Below are positions 29,393 to 40,160 of a DNA stretch of 64,000 nucleotides, piece by piece (position 1 is the first letter of the stretch; the number at the start of each line of letters is the position of its first letter). Below the pieces are notes generated by a model. That model searched no databases and was not told the origin of the DNA. It saw nothing but the letters and a program-made list of their open reading frames with translations. Origin of the DNA: Sedimentisphaerales bacterium. GTDB lineage: Bacteria; Planctomycetota; Phycisphaerae; Sedimentisphaerales; Anaerobacaceae. Location: contig JAXGYC010000008.1 in NCBI GenBank assembly GCA_040772485.1, positions 128,001 to 192,000 of the forward strand. The letters run 5' to 3'. Position numbers and translations under genes: made by a program.

Positions 29393-29450
29393 TGTCCGGC
29401 ACCTTCTTTCGGCCCCTGTGTGATCGCGGCTCGAAAGAAGGCGCCGGACA
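29393..29450 (-). terminator. Long stem-loop downstream of the autotransporter
   Basis: TGTCCGGCACCTTCTTTCG ... CGAAAGAAGGCGCCGGACA (19-bp stem with one wobble). Confidence 0.6.
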
Positions 29451-29468
29451 TTCCGGATTTGCCCGTGG

Positions 29469-32400
29469 TTAGAACTGGATTCTCACGCCCGCCTGGAGTG
29501 TGTGGACGTCGAATCCGGAACCGAACTCGGCGTCGTACTGCGCCGAGAGCATCTTGGACTTGTCGATCCGCCAGTTCAAACCGGCCCCGACACTGAGGAG
29601 GTCGTCGACGACCGCTATTTCCGTGGTCCGGAACGAGGTGTCGGCGCCCGCCAGTTGTGCGGTTTCACTGGCCTCGTCGCCGAAGTTGTGCCGCCAGGCG
29701 AGTTTCAACTGGGGCATCAGGTAGCTGCCATTGTCGAGCACCCATGTCTTGCGCAGACGCGTTCCCAGCTCGAAGGCCAGATTGTCGTCGGTGTCGCTGC
29801 CGACGGACAGACTGGCCGCGCCGGCCCCGGTCTCCGTGTACGACTCGTGACGGAAGTGCGTGTAATTCAGGCCGGCATAGGGTTCCACGTCAAGGGACTT
29901 GTAGCGAAGCAGCTTGCCGATCTCCGGCGCAATCGAGAAGGTGTGCGCCTTGAAATCGCCCTTGGCCTGGAGGGCGGCGAAATCCAGATTGCGGACTTCG
30001 TCCACGTCATGATAGCCGTAGCCAACGGTCAGACCGAGGTAGTAGTTGTGGTTGAACCAGGTGCCGTAGAGCGAGGTCGACAGCGAATCCATGTCCATCG
30101 CGGACAGGCTGTCGGCGCTGTCTGCGTCTGTCCGGCCGTAGCCGATGGAGCCACCCACCAGCAGGCTTTCGCCGACAAACCGTTCGGCGCCGAGCAGGGT
30201 GCCATAGGTGTCGTAATCGTACCCGACGACGCCTCCGTCATCATCGCGGTCGCCCCATCTTCCGTACCCCTGTGCGAAGCCCTGCCAGCCGCCGTCGGAC
30301 GACTCGCGGGCCACCGTCGGCGACAGCGATGCCAGCAAAGGCCCGGTCGTCTGTTGGTTGAGGCCGTCGCGGGTGGCCGCCCGAGCATCCTGCATGCGTC
30401 GGCTCAAGCTGTTGTTCACGCTGCTGGTCACGCTGGAGGCCAGGGTCGATGCGGAAGCCGGAAGCTGGTTGGTCATCTGGGCATACGCGCCGGCGATGTC
30501 GTCGGAGGACTGGGCTTCGCCGATGACGTCCAGCAGAGCTTCGTTGGCGCTTTCGGCAAAGGCTTCGCTGTCGAGCATGGCGCCGAAGTTTCGGACGGTG
30601 CGCGATGCGCCGGTGAGGTAATCCACGTTGGGAGTGAAATCGACGCTCATCTCGACGATCTTGCCCGTGTCGTCCACCAGCAGTGATGAGATCGTCGCCA
30701 GATCGGTATTCTCGATGAAATCGGCGAGGTTGGCGTCCGCCGCCTGGTTCGCGCCATCAACCTGGATGTGGCCGGCGCCTTCGAGCGTGACGATGTCATA
30801 CGTGCCGTCCAGGGCATCGCCGACGGCCACAGCGACCACCTTGGCGCCAGTGACGAAATTGGCGTTGCTGTCGTCGGTGATGCGGATGCTGTCGTGATTG
30901 CCTTCCTCATCCACTTCGACGCTCAGCGTCGCGCCGGCGCCGAGCACGAAGTCCCCGCCGGACACGGTAATCTCACCCGGCGATTGACCCGGAGCGAGAA
31001 CGCCGTTGGTGATCGTCAGACCGCCCTGGAAATCGCCGCTGCCGCCGAGGGAGGCGTCGGCATCGTTGACCGTGACGGCGCCCATGACGGTGCCGTTGAT
31101 CGTGCCAGTCCCGGCCAGGGTAACGGAGCCGCCCAATACGGCGTCCTGTTCGATTTCGACTTCCGCCCCATCGGAGACATCGAGCGCTTGCTCAAACGCT
31201 TCGCTGTCGCCGGTCAGGGTGACGCTGCCCTGCGCGACCGTTACATTGTTGGCGCCGCTGAGGGTATCCACTTCCACGCCGGCATCGCCGGTTGTCAGAC
31301 TGGCCGCTCCGGCTGAGGTGTCCAGCGTCCCGACGGCGACCGCACTGCCGGTGAATGCCACGTTCCCGCTGACATTTGCCTGGCGGATCGCCACGTCATC
31401 GGCCGCCGCTTGCACGGTCGCATTGGCCAGCGTAACCTGCGCGTTGCCTGTCGCGGCGGCGCTGCCCAGCGACAGCGTCGAGTTGGCGACCGCCAGGGTC
31501 GCGGTCTCATCGAGGCCGGCGTTGTCCGAGTTGATCGCCATCGTGCCGCCGCCGGTCACGTTCAACGTCTCGCCGGCGTCCACACCCAACGTACCGTCGA
31601 CCTGAACCTGCGAAGAGGCGCCGACTTGCAGCGTCGCGTCACCCTGTGGGTTGAGCGTCTGCACGGCAATCGTGTTGCCGGTCACCGCCACAGTCCCACT
31701 GACGGCCACCGTCTCGATTTCGACCTCTTCCGCGGCCGCCTCAACCGTCGCATCGGTCAGCACGACCTGTGCGCCGCCCGTGGCGTTGGCGCTGCCCAGT
31801 GTCAGCGTCGATTCGCTGACGGCCAACGTAAACGGTCTGGGTCGGGTTGAGCATCTCATAGTCCTCGTTGAGGTGCCCCGTCATGGCCAGCGTGCCGCCG
31901 TGCACATGGATATCGCCCTCGCCGAGGGCGTTGCCCGTCGGATCTTCCCCCGGGTCGGCATCAAAGCCATCAAGCACCAACAGACCGTCGTTGACAGTAA
32001 CGTCGCCCGTGAAATCATTCATGAACTCCGATACGAAAACCGTCAGCGTGCCGGAGCCGTCCTTGGTCAAACCGCCGGTCCCGGTGATCGGGCCGTAGAT
32101 GTACGTATCGCTGTCGCCGCCGACCTCCAGGTCGCCATTGAGGGTGACCGTCTCGATGTAGTCCGGCCCGGCGCCGGCCAACGCGATCGGGCCCGAATTG
32201 GCAAGCACGGACAGCCCGCCGACCGGAGCGGTCAGGTCCGTCGCCAAGTCCAGCAACGTCCCCGCCGTCGAATCGTTCACGATCGAGCCGGCGGTCAGGG
32301 TGTACTCGCCGAGGATCAGCCATCGACTGCCTGACGCATCCTCGGTGAGTTCCAGTCCGGCAATTGTGGCATCGCCGTCGAAATGCACCAGGTATGCCAG

Positions 32401-32577
32401 CGGCCCGAACTGCGCCGTGTCGGCGGCGCCGGGCACTCCCGCGCTCCAGTAATCCGGGTTGCTCCATTGGTCTTCGCCCGCCCCGTTTCCGGACCAGACC
32501 GTGATGGCGGCGTTTGCGCTCATCACACTCCCCAACACCACGCTCGCTACCACCAGCATCACTCGCTTCTTGGTCAT
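29469..32577 (-). pseudogene. Autotransporter (type Va) broken by a frame change near 31830
   Basis: The 5' ORF (start 32577) has a signal peptide and a passenger repeat GTGGLTKDGSGTL..FTGDVTVNDG. The 3' frame (to 29469) has passenger repeats, GVLAPGQSPG and a beta-barrel ending in GVRIQF, but no credible start or signal peptide. Confidence 0.75.
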
Positions 32578-32902
32578 TTCATGTGCTCCACAGTAAACAG
32601 ACAGTCGTTCGTTCTTGCCGATGTTACAACCGGCGGGGAAGCAATTCCGCGCCTACGGTACATGCCCTTTCGGCAGCCATGCGACAGATTCTTGAGAAAA
32701 GGGAGAGGCAATTCTCCAACCATACAGCACGTGACATGATCGACGAGGAGCAGAATCATCCGGGTCGCCACAGCCGAGCGAACGTAGCAATACTGATAAT
32801 CGGGCCTGATTGTCGTTATCGGTCTTGCGCCCGCTGCAATATCTTTGGTTTGTAATGGTGAGACGGAGTCCGGTGACACTGGCCTGCGCAACACCGAGCT
32901 TC

Positions 32903-33000
32903 CAGGCTGTGTCACAATTGGCATTTTGGCTATTTCAGCTCTCAATTCTGGGCCAAGAACGCGGGAATTGATGGCGCTTTTCGAATTGTGACACAGCCTG
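32903..33000. mobile_element. 98-bp MITE-like element with perfect 17-bp terminal inverted repeats
   Basis: CAGGCTGTGTCACAATT (32903-32919) / AATTGTGACACAGCCTG (32984-33000); interior is AT-richer than the flanking genes and has a nested TCAATTC/GAATTGA repeat. Confidence 0.6.
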
Positions 33001-33028
33001 TTCGCAGCACGCAGGAGACTCGACGCCA

Positions 33029-34363
33029 TCACGACGCGGAGACATTGTGACAAGCGCGGCGAACCCAGAAGAAACCGAAGAAACCAGCCAGGAGATCCGT
33101 GAGCAAACGCCCGACGAAGACGCCGTGCACGTCTGCCAGACGGGCGCCGAGCCAGGACAGGGGAATCAGCAGGACCAGCACACGGATGCCGTTGAGCAGG
33201 GCCGAGGAAAGGGGCTTGTGCAGTCCCGTAAGAATGATGCCGGAATACCGGTGGACCTCCATCATGCCGTAACCGAACGACACGATGCGGACATACGCAA
33301 CCAGGGTGGCCACCACCTCGGCGTCCCGACTGAAGATCGAGGCCAGCCACGGCGCGCCAACGAAGAACACCAGCGCCACGCCGCCGCCGTAGATCATGGC
33401 GAACCGCGTGGACAAGGACAGGGCCCGGCGGATGCGGTCCGGCCGCTCGGCGCCGAGATTCTGGCTGACGAACGGAGCGAGGGACATGCCAAGCGCCATG
33501 GGGATGACGAACGCGAACATCTCGATCCGCTGGGCGGCGCCGATGGCCGCTACGGCGGCATTGCCGAAACCGCTGAGAATCCGAGTGACCACCGTCGCGG
33601 AAACCGGCATGAGGATCATGCTCAGAATGCTCGGGACGCCCAGACGCAGAATGCTCCGAACGGACGTGCAGTACGCCGGGAGACCCCAGCTTTGCAGCAA
33701 CAGCAGGCGGTGTTTTGCGTAGAGCAGGCGGAACAGCCACATGGTGGACACGCCCTGTGCGATCACGGTCGCCAGCGCCGCGCCGCGGATGCCCATGGCG
33801 GGGAAACCGAGGTATCCGAACATCATGATCGGGTCCAGGACGACGTTCAGAATCGGGCCGGCCATCATGAAACGGCCGGCCGCGACGGAATCGCCCGCCG
33901 AGATCAACAGCCCGTTGCCCAGCATGGGCAAGGCCATGAGCGGGGCTCCCAGGTACCAGATGCCCATGTACTGGCGTACCAGAGGCAGAGCGGTCGAGTC
34001 CGCTCCCAGAGCCCTGAATACAGGATTCATGCTCAGATAACCGATGACGGCCATTCCGGCGGCAACGCCGAGCGTCAATGCCAGACCATGCGTGGTGATT
34101 CTCGCAGCATCAGGCCCGTCATGCCGGCCGACCGCGTGCGACATCAAGGTCGTGACGCCCACGCCGAGACCGCCGGCCACGCAGGTCAGGAGCATGACGA
34201 CGGGAAACGTGAATCCCATGGCCGCCAGCGACAGCGTCCCCAGTCGCGAGACGAACCATGTGTCCGTGAGGTTGTACGCGTTCATGGCGAACGTGCCGGC
34301 CAGCATGGGAAAGGCCATGCCGAACAGAGTCCGCTTGACGCTCCTTTGAACCAGAACACTCAT
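33029..34363 (-). CDS. MATE family efflux transporter
   Basis: YNLTDTWFVSRLG..LAAMG, NVVLDPIMMFG..MGIRGAALAT and QNLGA; about 12 TMs. Confidence 0.93.
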   Translation of the reverse strand: MSVLVQRSVKRTLFGMAFPMLAGTFAMNAYNLTDTWFVSRLGTLSLAAMGFTFPVVMLLTCVAGGLGVGVTTLMSHAVGRHDGPDAARITTHGLALTLGVAAGMAVIGYLSMNPVFRALGADSTALPLVRQYMGIWYLGAPLMALPMLGNGLLISAGDSVAAGRFMMAGPILNVVLDPIMMFGYLGFPAMGIRGAALATVIAQGVSTMWLFRLLYAKHRLLLLQSWGLPAYCTSVRSILRLGVPSILSMILMPVSATVVTRILSGFGNAAVAAIGAAQRIEMFAFVIPMALGMSLAPFVSQNLGAERPDRIRRALSLSTRFAMIYGGGVALVFFVGAPWLASIFSRDAEVVATLVAYVRIVSFGYGMMEVHRYSGIILTGLHKPLSSALLNGIRVLVLLIPLSWLGARLADVHGVFVGRLLTDLLAGFFGFFWVRRACHNVSAS

Positions 34364-34504
34364 GTGTTGCGTACCGTCGGGTGACATTGCCTGGCGCCGG
34401 GCTCCGACGCGGGCCACGGGTGGCAGCCTCAAACACCTTGGCGTTTGGGGATGGTCTCCATGAGCAAGCCATCCCCAGGCGGCGCTTGAGGCGACCACCC
34501 GCCG

Positions 34505-35467
34505 TTAGACGGCCTCGATCGTAGAGGGAGGCTTCGAGGCGATGTTGTAGGTCACGCTGACCACTCCAGGGGTGTCGCGAAGGATCTGGTCGGCGAGATT
34601 CTGGAGGACATCGAACGACAACCGCGTCGGAGTGGCGGTCCGGGCGTCGACGCTGTCCCAGCAGCGCACTTCGATCTGACAGCCGAAATCGCGTTTCCCG
34701 TCACGCATTCCCGTCACGCGGTCCTCGTGCAGAATCGCCATGTACTGGAACGCGCCGGTGCCCTTGAGCAGCCGCTCCACGACGGCATTCGCGGCGCGCA
34801 CCATCGCAATGCGCTGCGGCGTCGCCTCGCCGATCACGCGCGCCGCCAGCGCCGGCCCGGGGAACGGGATGCGATCGAACAGCGCGCTCGGAAGCCCCAA
34901 CGCCTTGCCCACCTTCCGAACGCCGTCCTTGCGAAGCTGGATCAGCGGTTCGAGGATGCGATAGCCGAAGGCCTCCTGCGGATCGATCCCGAGCTGTTCG
35001 AAGACGTTGTGCTGCCGCTTGATCCCCGCGACCGTTTCGTCGACGTCCGTCAGGATCGTGCCCTGCAACAGGCACTTGGCGCCGCTGGTCTTGACCAGCC
35101 GGCCGAAGACGTGGCGATAGAACGTCTGGGTGATCGCTTCGCGTTTTTCCTCCGGGTCCGTAAGCCCTTGGAGCGCCGAGAAGAACTCGTCCCGCGCGTC
35201 GACCACTTCCACCGGCACGCCCAGATCGTGGAAGAACTGGACGACCTGCTCGGGTTCTCCCTGCCGCATCAGGCCATTCTCGACGAAGACGGTGCTCAGG
35301 CGGTCGCCAAGGGCCCGATGCCCGAGCATGGTGACCGCAGACGAATCGACGCCTCCCGATAGCGCATTGATCGCGGTGCCACTTCCGACAGCCTTCTGGA
35401 TCTCTGCGACTTGGTCGGCGATGAACTCTTCGGTGTTGAGTTTCTGCGCGGGGATCTCCGTAATCAC
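34505..35467 (-). CDS. GMP synthase ATP-pyrophosphatase subunit (subunit B type, no GATase domain)
   Basis: ALSGGVDSS PP-loop, DPEEKR, QGTILTD, PFPGPALAARV and KPPSTIE; GTG start after an AGGAG RBS. Confidence 0.88.
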   Translation of the reverse strand: MITEIPAQKLNTEEFIADQVAEIQKAVGSGTAINALSGGVDSSAVTMLGHRALGDRLSTVFVENGLMRQGEPEQVVQFFHDLGVPVEVVDARDEFFSALQGLTDPEEKREAITQTFYRHVFGRLVKTSGAKCLLQGTILTDVDETVAGIKRQHNVFEQLGIDPQEAFGYRILEPLIQLRKDGVRKVGKALGLPSALFDRIPFPGPALAARVIGEATPQRIAMVRAANAVVERLLKGTGAFQYMAILHEDRVTGMRDGKRDFGCQIEVRCWDSVDARTATPTRLSFDVLQNLADQILRDTPGVVSVTYNIASKPPSTIEAV

Positions 35468-35662
35468 GGGCCAATCTCCTTCTCTTCTTATGGTTTCAGT
35501 CGCAGGGTGTGCACCGCACACCTTCTACATGGCTGAGATTGTAGACGGTCGCCCCGACGCTGTCCACGAGGCAGAGGGAATCGGTTCCGGCGCGCCGGGA
35601 TTGCACACCCTGCAAGGTCCCCCATGGACGCCTCTCCCTTGATTCTGGTCGACGACACGGAC

Positions 35663-37033
35663 TCAGATCTCCGTCCATCGTCCGGGCACGGGCACAGGGT
35701 AGCGTCCCTGGTCATTCGCCTGGATTGGTGGAACGCTGTCATCGGTCAGAGAGTCGATATTCGGACAGAATCGGAAGTCCGAGGCCATGGCCTGATCCCA
35801 GGTGACGACCTTGCCACAGTGAGCCGCTGCCCGGCCCATGATGTCCGCGAGATTTGACAGAGCGGCCCGCCGAGCTTCGTTGTGCGGACGGTCCTGCCGG
35901 ATCGCGTCCAGCAGCACATCCCATTCCGCCTGCCAGGGGGTAATCGTCTCCCGCGGGGCGCGCCACGCGATGTTGTCGTTGGCGCATCGCTGGTCCTTGT
36001 AGGTGTGGACGGTGCCCTCGTGGACGTTGCCGGAGAACTGTGCGGCACACCTGGTCCCGTGGAGATAGGTGGCGAATTCGGTATGGCAGTCTGCCAGCCA
36101 GCGGACCACATCGTACGCCTTGGTCCCATCGGGGAACGTCCACTCGATCGTGAAGGCGTCCAGATTCTGGCCGCGATCGACGCTGTCGGCGGCCCGTCCG
36201 CATATGCCGTGCGCGGACACCGGCCAGGCGTCCTTGAGCCAGCAGATCTCATCGATCTGATGGATGTTCATCTCGGCAAACAGCCCGCCCGAGACCCAGA
36301 GGAAGTGGGTGAAGTTGCGAATTTGCCAGTGCAGATCCTTCACGTCCGCCGGTCGGGGGCCCAGGGGACCGCACGGCTGCATCCGATACGCGCGGATGAG
36401 TTGGATCTGGCCCAGTTGCCCGTCGCGAATGCGTTGGATCAATTCCTGGCGATTTCGCGAATGGCGGCACTGCAATCCGGCGGCGATCTTGAGGTTCTTC
36501 TTCTCGGCGGCCTGGCCCGCCTGGATCACCCTTCGCACCGCCGGCGGATCGGTCGCGAAAGATTTCTCCATGAACACATGAATCCCCTTCTCGACCGCAT
36601 ACTCCAGTTGCTGGGGCCGAAAGCCGGCGTAGCCGGTGAGCATCGCCACGTCGCCGGGACGAAGGTAGTCGATGGCCTTCCGCCAGGCATCGAACCCGGC
36701 GAAGCGTCTGTCCGGCGGCACGTTGACCCGCGCGCCGTACTGCCCGCTCAGGACCTTGTGGGCATTGGTCAGGCGGTTCTCGAAGAAGTCCGCCATAGCG
36801 ACCAGTTCGACCGGGCCGTTCGGCGAGTCAAAGGCGTTGGCCGCCGCCCCACAGCCGCGGCCGCCGCAACCGATCAGGGCCAGTCGAATCGTGTTGTTCT
36901 CGGCCGCATACATCGCAGGGAGGGCAAAGCTCCCCAACGTGGATGCCGCAACCATCTTCCCGCTCCACGTCAAGACATCCCGACGCGAGGATTTCCGCTG
37001 CGTTGACTTCGAGGTGTGAGAGTCCTGTTTCAT
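35663..37033 (-). CDS. Tat-type Gfo/Idh/MocA oxidoreductase
   Basis: SRRDVL leader, IGCGGRG, FMEKS and HQIDE. Confidence 0.9.
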   Translation of the reverse strand: MKQDSHTSKSTQRKSSRRDVLTWSGKMVAASTLGSFALPAMYAAENNTIRLALIGCGGRGCGAAANAFDSPNGPVELVAMADFFENRLTNAHKVLSGQYGARVNVPPDRRFAGFDAWRKAIDYLRPGDVAMLTGYAGFRPQQLEYAVEKGIHVFMEKSFATDPPAVRRVIQAGQAAEKKNLKIAAGLQCRHSRNRQELIQRIRDGQLGQIQLIRAYRMQPCGPLGPRPADVKDLHWQIRNFTHFLWVSGGLFAEMNIHQIDEICWLKDAWPVSAHGICGRAADSVDRGQNLDAFTIEWTFPDGTKAYDVVRWLADCHTEFATYLHGTRCAAQFSGNVHEGTVHTYKDQRCANDNIAWRAPRETITPWQAEWDVLLDAIRQDRPHNEARRAALSNLADIMGRAAAHCGKVVTWDQAMASDFRFCPNIDSLTDDSVPPIQANDQGRYPVPVPGRWTEI

Positions 37034-37252
37034 GGTGAGTTCTCCATTCTGTATGGCGCCGGGGCTCCTGAGTCTGACCGGAACCGTATGATCATCTTTT
37101 TCGAGAGCGGCTGCAAGCGATTATTCCGGCTCGATAGAGGATGCTCACCTTCGTCCGGCGTTGTCTCGGACGACGCAGGGATTGCCGTCAGGGATGGAAA
37201 CTCGTATCCTGTCCGCAGCGTAGCAAGTGTGCGGCGATTGGAAGGACCGGCT

Positions 37253-37816
37253 ATGTTGAGAATTCTTCTGCCCATGGCGGCACTGGCCGTCACGATCTGT
37301 GGCTGCAAGAGACAAGACAGACCCGCGGAGGTTCGAGAGGAAAGGAGCCAGCACATGACCATCTCCGTCAGCAGTTCCGCGTTCCAGGAAGGCGGCATGA
37401 TCCCGGCGAAGTACACCTGCGACGGCGACGACCTGTCGCCGCCGCTCCGGTGGGCGGATGTGCCGGAGGGCGCCAGAAGCATCGCCCTGATCTGCGACGA
37501 TCCGGACGCCCCGATGGGAACGTGGGTCCACTGGATCATGTGGAACATTCCCCCGTCCGTGGGCGATCTGGCAGAAGGTGTACCTCCCAAGGGCGAACTG
37601 CCCGATGGTTCCCGTCAGGGCATTTCGGATTTCGGACGGCCAGGGTACGGCGGGCCGTGCCCCCCGAGCGGCACACACCGGTACTACTTCACGATCTACG
37701 CCCTGGACGCCATGCTGGATCTGCCCGGCAGCACGAGGAAGGCGGATCTGGTCAGAGCCATGAAGGGACACATCCTCGCCGAGGGCCAGTTGATGGGCAG
37801 GTACCGCAGACAATAG
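37253..37816 (+). CDS. YbhB/YbcL (PEBP/RKIP-like) lipoprotein
   Basis: ICGC lipobox, DDPDAP..WVHW and GYGGPCPPSGTHRYYF. Confidence 0.92.
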   Translation: MLRILLPMAALAVTICGCKRQDRPAEVREERSQHMTISVSSSAFQEGGMIPAKYTCDGDDLSPPLRWADVPEGARSIALICDDPDAPMGTWVHWIMWNIPPSVGDLAEGVPPKGELPDGSRQGISDFGRPGYGGPCPPSGTHRYYFTIYALDAMLDLPGSTRKADLVRAMKGHILAEGQLMGRYRRQ

Positions 37817-37856
37817 GAGATCCCCGGCTCGTTCCCGGATTCAATGTGGCGGCTTT

Positions 37857-38126
37857 TCACAGCCGGGCCGGCGAAGAGGATCGCCCGTTCTGGATCATCT
37901 GCATGGCTAAGGCGTCGATCCGCCTGGCCAGGAGCAGTCGCTGTCTCATCGAACTGGCGCAGGAGATCAGAACCACGCCGAGGCCGACCACAAACAACTG
38001 CATTGCCCAGGTGTAGGCGTCGGTCCAGACAGGCAGGCGAACGACCCGGCTGGTCAGCGGCGCAACGACTAACGCTCCGCCAAAGACGTATTCGAGAATC
38101 CAGATTACCCTTCGGTCATTGAGCAT
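37857..38126 (-). CDS. Small 2-TM hypothetical protein
   Basis: GGAGG RBS and two hydrophobic segments. Confidence 0.45.
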   Translation of the reverse strand: MLNDRRVIWILEYVFGGALVVAPLTSRVVRLPVWTDAYTWAMQLFVVGLGVVLISCASSMRQRLLLARRIDALAMQMIQNGRSSSPARL

Positions 38127-38328
38127 AGCGGCCTCCTGTAGTCTAACCACCTGCCAGTCTACCATCTGCTGGCTCAACCTCAAGCAAAGCAAAGAAACCG
38201 GTCAGCGGCCTACGCTCTTGCGGGGAGGCGGCACCAGCCATACAATGACCCCGCCGAAGACGGTTCCACACTGTGTCGCCCACGGAGCAACAGTGTGCAT
38301 CCAACCCCGTGGGCATGAGGACGATGCG

Positions 38329-39393
38329 ATGCCAAGTCGGTCGAAACGATCGCGGAAGCACCTCCACGTCGCACTGGTGTACAACGCCGCGGCGGGGATC
38401 GTACCCGACACGCCGGAGGATCGAGGCAGCACAGGTGACCTGCGACACATGATCCACGACATGGCCCGCGTCCTGAGGTCATTGCACCATCGAGTCACTA
38501 TCCTTCCGTTGGCCCACGATCTTTTCGCGTTTCAACGAAGATTGCGCCGTTTGAACCCCGACGTTGTGTTCAATCAATACGACGATGTGGTGCACGGCGC
38601 CCTCTACGAAATGCGCTTTGCCGCCATGGTGCGGATGATGGGCTATCCTCTCACCGGGTCACCCGCATTGGCCCTGGGGCTGAGCCGCTACAAGCACATG
38701 GCCGCCAGTCTCCTCCACGGAACCGGGATTCCGATCCCGCCCTATACGAAGCTGCTGGAAAGAGTCGGCGACGTGGATCGGCGCAAATGGAAGTTCCCCC
38801 TCATCGTACAGCCCAGCCAGGAACATGCGGGAATCGGCCTCGATCGGGATTCCATCGTATACACGAAAAAGGCCCTTCGCCGGCAGGTCCGCCAGATCCT
38901 GCAGGTGTACAGCCAGCCGGCGCTGGTCCAGCAGTTTCTGCCGGGCCGTGAGTTCAACGTGGGGATCGTCGGAGGCAAACGCCCGCGCGTGATGCCCCTG
39001 GCCGAGGTCGACTACGAAGAATTGCCCCCGGAGATCCCACCGATCATGTCTTATGCGGCCAAGTGGATCGAGACTTCGGTGGAGTACAAGAAGACCTCGA
39101 TCATCTGTCCGGCGGAGGTTGAGCCGAAGTTGGCCCGCCAGCTTGGCGACATCGCCATGCGCGCGTTTCGGGCGGTTGGCACCTGGGGTTACGGTCGAGT
39201 GGATATTCGACTCGATGAAGCCGGCCAGCCGAGAGTCCTGGAGGTCAACTGCAACGCCTCTCTCGAGGAGGGCATCGGCCTGGCGCGCTCGGCCGAAAGG
39301 GCGGGGATCCGCTATCCGCAGTTGATCCAGATGATCATTGACGCGGCGATGGAAGGCCCTCCCTACGACGTCAGCGTCCCCATGCAGCTTTAG
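38329..39393 (+). CDS. D-Ala-D-Ala-ligase-like ATP-grasp peptide ligase
   Basis: PDVVFN, TGSP, FPLIVQP..EHAGIG, GREFNV, GYGRVDIR and LEVNCN. Confidence 0.85.
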   Translation: MPSRSKRSRKHLHVALVYNAAAGIVPDTPEDRGSTGDLRHMIHDMARVLRSLHHRVTILPLAHDLFAFQRRLRRLNPDVVFNQYDDVVHGALYEMRFAAMVRMMGYPLTGSPALALGLSRYKHMAASLLHGTGIPIPPYTKLLERVGDVDRRKWKFPLIVQPSQEHAGIGLDRDSIVYTKKALRRQVRQILQVYSQPALVQQFLPGREFNVGIVGGKRPRVMPLAEVDYEELPPEIPPIMSYAAKWIETSVEYKKTSIICPAEVEPKLARQLGDIAMRAFRAVGTWGYGRVDIRLDEAGQPRVLEVNCNASLEEGIGLARSAERAGIRYPQLIQMIIDAAMEGPPYDVSVPMQL

Positions 39394-40160
39394 GCCGTCC
39401 TGCGGCGCTGCCTGGCCCGACGGCCATAGTGCTCGGCCAGGGACATGGTCAGCCGTGAGACCGGGTTGACGAGCCGTCCGCCTTTGCGCTTCGGCTGCCG
39501 ATCGCCCACTTGCCGCATCAGGCGGTCCACGTACATCAGCTTGTCCATGGCAGGCCAGCCACGATATCTGCGGCGCCAGCCGGAGCGAGGCGTCAGCCAG
39601 ACGGCAAACGTCTCGGCGAAATCGTCATCCGGATGCTTCTGAGCATAGGTATATCCATGAGGCCAACTGCAAAGGTGGCGAACGAATCGCCGGCTCCACG
39701 GATTCGGACGAAAAGCCTCACGATAGGGTTTGGAGAAGGCCCCGAAGGTGTTCTTCCACTCTGGTTCTTCCCACAGCCGGAACGCATAGTTCATCGCATG
39801 GCCCGCCTCGTGTCGAAGCAGTTGCATGATCATCCGCTTGTCTTCCAACTCCCCCGTCTGCTCGTGCTCAATACGCCCAAGCAGCGTGCAGGCCAGGTAG
39901 AAGGGTATCCCAACGGCCGGCACCCTGTCCGGGCAGCCCCAGCTATCGGTCAGGTAGAAGGCCGGCACGTAATCGATGCCCTTGGCCGACAGTTCTTGCT
40001 TCAGTTGCGCTACGAATGGCTCGACGGGCGAGCCCTTGATCCGCAGCCCAAGGTCGCAGATGCGTCGGCCAAGAAGTCTTCGGCAAAATGCTCCCCAGTT
40101 GCCTGACCGAACCGATACCCCGTGCACGCCGCGTTGTTTGCGACACCCTTCCGCCACCAT
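39390..40160 (-). CDS. Putative zinc-binding metallopeptidase
   Basis: LLRHEAGHA (HExxH) and YAQKHPDDDFAETFAVW; start uncertain. Confidence 0.8.
   Translation of the reverse strand: MVAEGCRKQRGVHGVSVRSGNWGAFCRRLLGRRICDLGLRIKGSPVEPFVAQLKQELSAKGIDYVPAFYLTDSWGCPDRVPAVGIPFYLACTLLGRIEHEQTGELEDKRMIMQLLRHEAGHAMNYAFRLWEEPEWKNTFGAFSKPYREAFRPNPWSRRFVRHLCSWPHGYTYAQKHPDDDFAETFAVWLTPRSGWRRRYRGWPAMDKLMYVDRLMRQVGDRQPKRKGGRLVNPVSRLTMSLAEHYGRRARQRRRTA

Noticed and set aside
31741..31859. Programmed ribosomal frameshift in the autotransporter
   Set aside because: No recognisable slippery heptamer or homopolymer at the junction.
35468..35560. Purine riboswitch upstream of the GMP synthase subunit
   Set aside because: Only a small GGTGTGC/GCACACC hairpin is present; no aptamer consensus was recognised.
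38329..39393. Calling this gene ddl
   Set aside because: It lacks canonical Ddl motifs and any mur-gene context.
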